Part shown: positions 56,790-64,000 of the stretch, piece after piece
Layout of the letters: each line of letters starts with the position of its first letter
How positions within the stretch are numbered: the stretch's first letter is position 1
Assembly: GCA_902634765.1 (NCBI GenBank)
Contig: CACPLH010000005.1
Span: forward strand, 10,015 to 74,014
Length of the DNA: 64,000 nucleotides
Direction of reading: 5' to 3'
DNA from: an uncultured Pelagibacteraceae bacterium
GTDB taxonomy: Bacteria; Pseudomonadota; Alphaproteobacteria; Pelagibacterales; AG-422-B15
Notes under the pieces: generated by a model
Databases searched by the model: none
Told to the model about the DNA's origin: nothing
Seen by the model: the letters and a program-made list of their open reading frames with translations, nothing else
Translations under genes and position numbers: made by a program

Positions 56790-57923
56790 ATGATACACAT
56801 GATTGATCGAGAAATCAGGGGGTTTTGTAACAATAACTTTCAAAACGTTACTGAAGCATTTTCTAAAAATTTAAATAGTGATGATGAAATTGGTGCTTCA
56901 TTTACTGTAATTCAAAATGGTCAAATTTTAGTAGATATTCACGGGGGTTATAAAGATAAAGAACAAACCGACCCATGGAATGCCGACACATTAGTAGGAG
57001 TTCACTCAACAGGAAAGGGTATAATCTCAATGATTATAGCTCTATTAATTGATCAAAACAAACTGAGCCTGGATGAAAATGTATCTACTTACTGGCCAGA
57101 GTTTAAAGGAGACGGCAAAGAAGAAATTAAAGTTAGAACTTTATTGTCTCATCAGGCTGGAATGTACGCATGGAGGGAAAAAGTTCATGAAGATGATTTT
57201 CATAATTGGGAATACGTTGTTGAACTTCTTGAAAAACAGTGTCCATTTCATAAACCGCATGAACTGATTTGCTATCATCCAAAAACAATAGGATTTTTAG
57301 TTGGAGAACTTGTAAGAAAAGTTACTAAGAAATCATTGGGAGAATTTCTTAAAGAACAATTATCAACTCCATTGAATGCTCATTGTTTCATTGGAACTCC
57401 TGAAATCTACCATAAAAATATAGCTACATTGATTAGTGCTCCAAGTTTGAGGAAAGCTTTTAGTGATCCAAAAAATATTGACGAATATACTCTCGTATCA
57501 TTCCTCAATCCTGGAAATAGAACCAAAACAGCAAATACAAGAGAATATCGTCTTGCTGAAATACCTGCTCTCAATTGTCATAGTAATTCACGATCACTTG
57601 CTCAGATTTATGATTATTTTTTTAATAGTAATTTTATTAGTAAAGAAACATTAAATAAAGTTACATCAATAGAAGTAAAAGGAGAAGATCAAGTGATGAA
57701 AAGGCCCATGCAGTGGAGTCCGGTTGGTTTTAGCATTGGTGGGGGTAAATTATTCGGTGAAAGTAATCAATCATTTGGACACACAGGATGGGGAGGCTCA
57801 ATGGCATTTGCAGATCCAGAAAATAACCTTAGCATATCCTATACAATGAATATGCTTACAGGGTCTATGCTTGGTGACCAGAGAGCATTAAACTTAGTAG
57901 AGGCTACCTATAAAAATTTATGA
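56790..57923 (+). CDS. Serine hydrolase (beta-lactamase-like/EstA family)
   Basis: STGK (SxxK), LLSHQAG, CYH and FGHTGWGGS motifs. Confidence 0.88.
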   Translation: MIHMIDREIRGFCNNNFQNVTEAFSKNLNSDDEIGASFTVIQNGQILVDIHGGYKDKEQTDPWNADTLVGVHSTGKGIISMIIALLIDQNKLSLDENVSTYWPEFKGDGKEEIKVRTLLSHQAGMYAWREKVHEDDFHNWEYVVELLEKQCPFHKPHELICYHPKTIGFLVGELVRKVTKKSLGEFLKEQLSTPLNAHCFIGTPEIYHKNIATLISAPSLRKAFSDPKNIDEYTLVSFLNPGNRTKTANTREYRLAEIPALNCHSNSRSLAQIYDYFFNSNFISKETLNKVTSIEVKGEDQVMKRPMQWSPVGFSIGGGKLFGESNQSFGHTGWGGSMAFADPENNLSISYTMNMLTGSMLGDQRALNLVEATYKNL

Positions 57924-59245
57924 AATTAAGCTTTAGATCAAAACTTTTTTATGGTGGTGGAGACTTTGCCATCAATATTATGTGGCAGTTAACTGTTTTT
58001 TACTTACTATTTTTTTATACAGATATTTTTGGTCTTTCCCCTGCAAACGCTGGTTTAGTATTTTTTATTGCAAAAATCTGGGACGCAATAACAGATCCAA
58101 TTATGGGCTATATTGCTGACAATACCTCTACAAGGTGGGGAAAGTTTAGACCATACATACTATTTGGATCAGTGCCTGCACTGATTATGATTGTTTTATG
58201 CTTTACATCACCTGATCTGTCTCAATCAGGAAAATTTTACTGGGCTCTTTTTACATATATCACGTTTACAACTTTATACACTGTAATAGCTATTCCAGTT
58301 GGCTCATTAATTCCTGCCATGACCCAAGATCGAGATGAAAGAACTTCACTTGCATCTTTTCGATTCTTAGGTGCAAGCTCAGGGTCTATTGCAGTTGCAG
58401 TTTTAACTTTGCCACTTGTAGGATTGTTTAGTAGTCCACAATATGGCTTTCCAATTGTAATTGCCTGCCTTGCTTTTTTTGGGGCAATTTTTGCATTCCT
58501 TTGTTTTTATAATACAAAAGAAATTTACTCTAAGCCTTACGAAAAAAATATTGGATTTAAAGAAATCATTAAAATGATTTTTACAAATTTTCCATTACAT
58601 TTTGTAATTTTAGCATTACTCACAACTTGGGTAGCAAATAACACAAAGCAACTGACAACAATTTACTTTGTTAAATATAATTTAAATCTAGAGGCATATT
58701 TCAGTCCAATCTTACTAGGAGTAATTCTTCAAATTATGTTTGGTGCCTACTTAACCAATTTAATAAAGCATAGATTTGAGAAAAAATCATTATTCATGAT
58801 TGGAACATTTCTTTATGTAATAACAGATTTAATTGTTTATTTTATTACTGGTTATGAAAATTTTTGGCTCTTAGCATTTGTTACCAGCTTTGGTTTTATT
58901 GGCTTTGGAATGGCAGGGGTAATGGCTTGGTCTATGATTGCTGATACAGTTGAATATGGAGAGTGGAAATCTGGATTTCGTGCAGAAGGACTACTTAATG
59001 CGGCACATGTGTTTGTATTTAAATTAAGTGTTGGGGTTAGTGCTTGGCTGGCTGGTTTTGTATTAGAAACTACAAATTATGTTGCAAATGCTCCAATACA
59101 AAGTCAAGAAACTTTAGAGGGACTTACTATAATGGGTTTTATTTTCCCAGCGATAGCAGGAACGACAGCTATAATCGTCACATATTTTAACAAGTATGAT
59201 AGCGCTTTTTATGAAAAAATATTTACTGACCTCAAACAAAGATAA
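57920..59245 (+). CDS. GPH family (MelB-like) glycoside:cation symporter
   Basis: WDAITDPIMGYIAD, RWGKFRPY and ADTVEYGEWKSGFRAEG motifs. Confidence 0.9.
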   Translation: MKLSFRSKLFYGGGDFAINIMWQLTVFYLLFFYTDIFGLSPANAGLVFFIAKIWDAITDPIMGYIADNTSTRWGKFRPYILFGSVPALIMIVLCFTSPDLSQSGKFYWALFTYITFTTLYTVIAIPVGSLIPAMTQDRDERTSLASFRFLGASSGSIAVAVLTLPLVGLFSSPQYGFPIVIACLAFFGAIFAFLCFYNTKEIYSKPYEKNIGFKEIIKMIFTNFPLHFVILALLTTWVANNTKQLTTIYFVKYNLNLEAYFSPILLGVILQIMFGAYLTNLIKHRFEKKSLFMIGTFLYVITDLIVYFITGYENFWLLAFVTSFGFIGFGMAGVMAWSMIADTVEYGEWKSGFRAEGLLNAAHVFVFKLSVGVSAWLAGFVLETTNYVANAPIQSQETLEGLTIMGFIFPAIAGTTAIIVTYFNKYDSAFYEKIFTDLKQR

Positions 59246-59253
59246 TCTTTTAA

Positions 59254-60288
59254 ATGAATAACTTTTCTGACGGTGAAGCATTCGGTAGGGTAAATCTTAT
59301 TGGCGAGCATCTTGATTATAACCAAGGGTGCGTTATGCCTCTTCAAATTAATAAATCAGTAAAAGTATCCCTAAAGAAAGATACTGCAATAGAAGGAATT
59401 AAAATTAAATCTGAAAACTTTGATTATGAAATTGTAACATCTACCATAAATAAGAAGTTGGATAGCTGGGCAGATTTTATCATAGGATCATTGTATTTGT
59501 TTAGTAAAAAATATAATTTAAAAATTGAACAACTATCTATCGAAGTCCAAAGTGATCTTCCAATTGGCATTGGTGTTTCTTCTTCTGCGGCAGTAACTGT
59601 TTCTACATTAAGGGCGTTATATGGTTTATTTAATAAAAAAATTGAAAATAGTGAATTAGTTGAACTAGCTCATTCAGTTGAAAGAGATTTCGTTGGAGTT
59701 GCTGGAGGCGTCATGGATCAATTTGCTTCAATATATGGCTCTCAAGATCAAGCTTTATTTCTTGATACAAAAACAAGTAATTACGATCTCATTAAGCTTT
59801 CTGATGAGTATATTTTTTTCATAATTGATAGCGGAACACAAAGAATACTTACTGATGGCAGCTTAAATAAAAAAAAAGAAGTCTGCAAAAAAATTTCATC
59901 TAAATTAAACGTTGAATACCTCTGTCAGTTAGATGAATTAGATAAAGATCATAAAAAGATATTAACTGATGAGGAGCTTGATATAGCAAGGCATGTTATT
60001 TATGAAAACCAAAGATCGATATTGGGTAAAAAAGCACTTATAGAAAATAACATAGAAAAATTTGGTAGCCTGATGACACAAAGTCATGTTTCCTTAAGAG
60101 ACTTATATAGAGTTTCAACCAGTGAATTAGATTTACTAGTTGATCTGTGTAATAAATTTGGTTCTATGGGATCAAAGTTAACTGGAGCTGGATTTGGTGG
60201 AGCTATAGTAACCTTAATCAAAAAAGAAATGGTAGAAGATTTAAAAATGTTTATTGTAGAAAATTATCCAAATGCTAAATTCTTATAA
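59254..60288 (+). CDS. galK: Galactokinase (GHMP kinase)
   Basis: GRVNLIGEHLDYN, PIGIGVSSSAA, GVMDQ and KLTGAGFGG motifs. Confidence 0.88.
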   Translation: MNNFSDGEAFGRVNLIGEHLDYNQGCVMPLQINKSVKVSLKKDTAIEGIKIKSENFDYEIVTSTINKKLDSWADFIIGSLYLFSKKYNLKIEQLSIEVQSDLPIGIGVSSSAAVTVSTLRALYGLFNKKIENSELVELAHSVERDFVGVAGGVMDQFASIYGSQDQALFLDTKTSNYDLIKLSDEYIFFIIDSGTQRILTDGSLNKKKEVCKKISSKLNVEYLCQLDELDKDHKKILTDEELDIARHVIYENQRSILGKKALIENNIEKFGSLMTQSHVSLRDLYRVSTSELDLLVDLCNKFGSMGSKLTGAGFGGAIVTLIKKEMVEDLKMFIVENYPNAKFL

Positions 60289-61530
60289 ATGAAATTAAAT
60301 TTACCAAATAATTTTATATGGGGTACTGCTACTGCGGCTCACCAAGTTGAAGGAGATAATAAAAACTCGGATTTTTGGTTTTTAGAAAACTTTAAAAATA
60401 CTACATTTGCTGAGCCCTCAGGGATAGCATGTGATCAATGGAATCGCTATGAAGAGGATATTAAAATCATGGTAGATCACTCGATTCAGTCATATCGAAT
60501 GTCATTGGAGTGGGCAAAAATAGAACCAGAAGAAGGAATTTACTCAAATGAAGCAATTGATCATTATCGAAAAGTTCTTGAGTGTTGTAGAAAAAATAAT
60601 TTAAAAACTTGTGTTACTTACCAGCATTTTACCTCACCACTTTGGTTTACTGCTAAAGGTGGATGGGAAAAAAGTGAAAATGTAAAACATTTTTTAAGAT
60701 ATGCAGAAAAAGTTACAAATGAACTTGGTGATCTAATTGATATTGTATGCACAATAAATGAGGCGAACCTTACTGCCTGCTTTGCACATAGTTTTCAAAG
60801 CTATCCTGAAAATGGAATGAAAGCTATTATGCCATTTATAAAAGAAGCAGCAGAAGAGTGTGGGTCAACTCTTGAAAACTTTGGACCCTTCTTATTTGGC
60901 CACCCTTTTAAAATTCGTGATTGTATGATGGAAGCTCATGTAAAATCTGTACCCATTATAAAAAGTATTTTAAATAACAATCAACCTGTTGGCGTCACTT
61001 TATCTATAATGGATTATCAAGCCGCTGAAGGTGGAGAAAAAGTAAGAGATCAAGCATACGCTGAGTCAGTTGATTGTTGCTTGGATCAAGTGATCAATGA
61101 TGATTTTGTGGGAGTTCAGATGTATACTCGACATACATATGGGCCTGATGGCATCATTAAGCCAAAGGCCGATGATCCTAATATGCTTGTAATGGGATAT
61201 GAATATTATCCAGAGTCGCTTGAAAATGTAGTTCGCTACGTATCATCTAAAATTAAAACACCAATTATGATTACTGAAAATGGTATTGGTACTGATGATG
61301 ATAATCAAAGGATAGAATATCTCACGACTGCTCTGCAGGGGCTTCAAAAATGTCTTGATGATGGTATAGATGTTAGAGGATATTTTTGCTGGTCATTACT
61401 AGATAACTTTGAATGGCTTTTTGGCTATAAACCACGATTTGGATTGGTTGAAGTTAATCGAGAAACTCTGGACAGAACAGCAAAAGAAAGTTTTAAATTT
61501 TTTAAAGATGTAATTGATCAGTCTTCTTAA
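60289..61530 (+). CDS. Glycoside hydrolase family 1 (beta-glucosidase/galactosidase)
   Basis: FIWGTATAAHQVEG; acid/base TINEAN; nucleophile ITENG; WSLLDNFEW. Confidence 0.93.
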   Translation: MKLNLPNNFIWGTATAAHQVEGDNKNSDFWFLENFKNTTFAEPSGIACDQWNRYEEDIKIMVDHSIQSYRMSLEWAKIEPEEGIYSNEAIDHYRKVLECCRKNNLKTCVTYQHFTSPLWFTAKGGWEKSENVKHFLRYAEKVTNELGDLIDIVCTINEANLTACFAHSFQSYPENGMKAIMPFIKEAAEECGSTLENFGPFLFGHPFKIRDCMMEAHVKSVPIIKSILNNNQPVGVTLSIMDYQAAEGGEKVRDQAYAESVDCCLDQVINDDFVGVQMYTRHTYGPDGIIKPKADDPNMLVMGYEYYPESLENVVRYVSSKIKTPIMITENGIGTDDDNQRIEYLTTALQGLQKCLDDGIDVRGYFCWSLLDNFEWLFGYKPRFGLVEVNRETLDRTAKESFKFFKDVIDQSS

Positions 61531-61965
61531 TTAAATTTGCTCGTAATCTGACATTGATAAAATACATCCTGCTATCAGCCAATCATTATTTTCCTGCTTT
61601 TCCATCATGTATGTTGCTGTTACAAAGTTTCCGTCTGGATCGACTAAAAAAACATTGAGTGCAGGACTATTTCTATAAGTAGTAACATCTCCAAACGTTA
61701 CCTTTTTTGGTCGATAAACAGCAGGATACTGATTGATAACCATTAACTTGAAATTATCAGGAGACGAAAAAATCTTTTTTATAGATGGAGCAGCATATTT
61801 GAATGCCTGATCAAAGTCATCTTCTGCAAAAGCTTGCAATTGACTTTTGACAGTTTTTTTAATCGCCTCTTCATCAAAGTCAGACAAATCAAATGAGATT
61901 GCCTGACTTTGTAGAATTATTAAAATTAAGAATAATGAAGAAAAGAAGATTCTGAATGTATTCAT
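61531..61965 (-). CDS. DUF4864-like secreted protein
   Basis: Signal peptide; QLQAF...AFKYAAPSI...F..MV...YP.VYRP and W.IAGC motifs. Confidence 0.75.
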   Translation of the reverse strand: MNTFRIFFSSLFLILIILQSQAISFDLSDFDEEAIKKTVKSQLQAFAEDDFDQAFKYAAPSIKKIFSSPDNFKLMVINQYPAVYRPKKVTFGDVTTYRNSPALNVFLVDPDGNFVTATYMMEKQENNDWLIAGCILSMSDYEQI

Positions 61966-63147
61966 CTATAGAATTTCAAATAGTCCAGCGACACCCATAC
62001 CGCCGCCAACACACATAGTTGCGACACCATATTTTGCATTGCGTCTTTTACCTTCTATTAATAGATGTCCTGTCATTCTAGATCCTGTCATTCCATACGG
62101 ATGACCAATAGAAATTGATCCTCCATTGACATTTAATTTTTCATTATCAATACCTAACTTATCGCGGCAATATAAAACCTGTACTGCAAATGCCTCATTA
62201 AGCTCCCACAAATCAATGTCATCAACAGTTAGATTATGCTGCTCCAACAACTTTGGAACTGCAAATACTGGTCCGATACCCATCTCATCTGGTTCACATG
62301 CTGCAACTGATAGTCCTCGAAAAATTCCCATCGGCTCAATATTTCTTTTTTCAGCTTCTTTTAAATCCATAAGTACGCAAGATGAGGCTCCATCAGAAAG
62401 CTGACTTGCATTTCCAGCTGTAATATACTTATCAGGACCCATTACTGGCTGTAGACCAGACAGACTTTCCATTGTTGTTTGAGGTCTATTACATTCGTCT
62501 TTATCAACTGTAACTTCTTGCTCTGAAACCTCTTTCGTTTCTTTGTTCATTACATCCATCATTGTTTTTAAAGGTACGATTTCATCTTCAAACTTACCTT
62601 CGTTTTGAGCGGCTGCAGTTCTTTGTTGACTTTGCAAAGAATATTCATCTTGATACTCCCTGCTTACTTTATATCGATCAGCAACAACATCAGCTGTATT
62701 TATCATTGGCATCCATAGTGCTGGACATACTTTTTGAAGCTCTGGTTCGATTAAATGCTTCATATTCATATTTTGCTGAGTCATTGAAATTGACTCAACG
62801 CCACCCCCTATTGCTACTTTAATTCCATCAACAATAATTCTTTGAGCAGCAACAGCAATTGATTGTAATCCGGATGAGCAAAATCTATTTATAGTAGTAC
62901 CAGGCACGGTCACTGGACATCCGCCAGCTATAGCAACATTTCTTCCAATATTATGTCCTGTAGCTCCTTCAGGTTGTCCACATCCAAAAATAACATCTTC
63001 TACTTCACCTGACTCTATGCCAGCTCTTTCGATTGCGTGCTTAACAGTGTGTCCACCCATGGTAATACCATGTGTTTTGTTAAAACCGCCCCTCATTGCC
63101 TTAGCAAGACCAGTTCTAGCAGTCGATATAATAGCAGCTTCTCTCAT
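61966..63147 (-). CDS. Acetyl-CoA C-acyltransferase (thiolase)
   Basis: NRFCSSG, NEAFA, GHPYGMTG and MCVGGGMG motifs. Confidence 0.93.
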   Translation of the reverse strand: MREAAIISTARTGLAKAMRGGFNKTHGITMGGHTVKHAIERAGIESGEVEDVIFGCGQPEGATGHNIGRNVAIAGGCPVTVPGTTINRFCSSGLQSIAVAAQRIIVDGIKVAIGGGVESISMTQQNMNMKHLIEPELQKVCPALWMPMINTADVVADRYKVSREYQDEYSLQSQQRTAAAQNEGKFEDEIVPLKTMMDVMNKETKEVSEQEVTVDKDECNRPQTTMESLSGLQPVMGPDKYITAGNASQLSDGASSCVLMDLKEAEKRNIEPMGIFRGLSVAACEPDEMGIGPVFAVPKLLEQHNLTVDDIDLWELNEAFAVQVLYCRDKLGIDNEKLNVNGGSISIGHPYGMTGSRMTGHLLIEGKRRNAKYGVATMCVGGGMGVAGLFEIL

Positions 63148-63343
63148 ATGGATTCCTTTAATTTAAATATATAAGTGAGTAACATATCTATTTTAGAGCA
63201 AAAAAAAAGTCAAAAAATCGACTAATAATTGAGTTTTTTAAATAAAAAATATCCCAAAATCTGGCAGTAATTTAATTTATTTATTCTTGACCATGTATCA
63301 CATGAGAGGTAGAAATTGGCCACTTCAAACGAAGAGAATCGCT

Positions 63344-63781
63344 ATGGTAATGCTTAAAACAGAGTCTTCTATTCCAGCTTGGGTGCCTGAAGGCTATAGA
63401 AAATTAGGCTGGCATGCTGGATTTGATGTTTTAATTGGCCCGATGTATTACAAAAAAGATGAGGATGGTAATTTTAAATTTATTACCAAAATTCTTGATA
63501 AACATCTAAATGCTAATGGAGTAGCACATGGTGGATTTTCAATGACATTAACTGATATTTTCTTTGGCACTTTAGCTTTCGTTGCTAGCGGCAAAAAACT
63601 TACTAGCACTGTATCGCTAAACTGTAATTTTGTCAGTCCAGGCCTTCAGGATGAAATTATAGAATGCGAAGCAAAAGTTACTAGAACAACTAGATCTATG
63701 GTTTTTATTGATGGAAATCTAATCAGTAAAGATAAAGTAATAGTTTCAGCTTCTGGTATTTGGAAAATTTTAAATCAATAG
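63344..63781 (+). CDS. PaaI family thioesterase
   Basis: HLNANGVAHGG hot-dog motif; start uncertain (63344 or 63350); the TTG at 63287 looks like a -35 element (TTGACC-17-TAGAAA). Confidence 0.82.
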   Translation: MVMLKTESSIPAWVPEGYRKLGWHAGFDVLIGPMYYKKDEDGNFKFITKILDKHLNANGVAHGGFSMTLTDIFFGTLAFVASGKKLTSTVSLNCNFVSPGLQDEIIECEAKVTRTTRSMVFIDGNLISKDKVIVSASGIWKILNQ

Positions 63782-63999
63782 TTTTTAAAAAATTCATTTA
63801 AAGATACGTAAGTTTTCATATCTTTAAAAAAATTATTCTCCAACATCTTTTGAACTTCTTTAAAAGATTTAATTTTTACCTCCAATATTTCATCTTCATC
63901 TAAGTTTTGTTCATCAAACACTATACATTCAGCTTGATAACAAAATATCTGACACGAATTGTATGCCGGAGATGGATAATAGCTTCCAAGTGATTTCCA
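63775..63999 (-). CDS. NUDIX hydrolase (ADP-ribose pyrophosphatase-like), C-terminal part only
   Basis: Manual translation WKSLGSYYPSPAY...QNLDEDEILEV...FKDMKT...stop; runs off the window edge. Confidence 0.65.
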   Translation of the reverse strand, partial: WKSLGSYYPSPAYNSCQIFCYQAECIVFDEQNLDEDEILEVKIKSFKEVQKMLENNFFKDMKTYVSLNEFFKNY

Positions 64000-64000
64000 A

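Noticed and set aside
56790-57923. Antibiotic-resistance beta-lactamase
   Set aside because: No signal peptide; features fit a family VIII esterase-type serine hydrolase

Overview
AT-rich (roughly 30-35% GC by eye), tightly packed chromosomal segment. Gene content suggests a genome-streamlined marine proteobacterium; the taxon is inferred and not resolvable here. In order: (1) oligopeptidase B and an MMPL/RND, LolA-like and outer-membrane protein trio; (2) an RNA-rich 1 kb region with a non-canonical tRNA-Thr(GGU) carrying compensatory elbow changes, a 22-bp tandem duplication, a cytochrome c gene, tandem DnaA boxes and an unassigned, GC-rich, UUCG-capped ~110-nt candidate ncRNA; (3) a Zur zinc-starvation regulon (znuABC, zur, zrg-like ABC system, COG0523 GTPase, WD40, DUF1826, two Zur boxes) whose ZnuA has an extra ~130-aa domain inside its His-rich loop; (4) a malate-CoA-ligase-type sucCD pair, TauD, DUF3604 and a GST-rich run, divergent from a TetR/DJ-1/MBL/sulfatase operon; (5) a ~25 kb methylated-amine/osmolyte catabolism cluster (tmoXWV, tdm, soxBDAG, gmaS, bhmT, DMG dehydrogenase, orphan Rieske oxygenase) containing a high-GC dddP DMSP lyase; (6) glycoside uptake/galK/GH1 genes, a thiolase, a thioesterase and a partial NUDIX gene. 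No integrase, transposase, CRISPR array or rRNA was seen. Family assignments come from motif recognition, not database searches.
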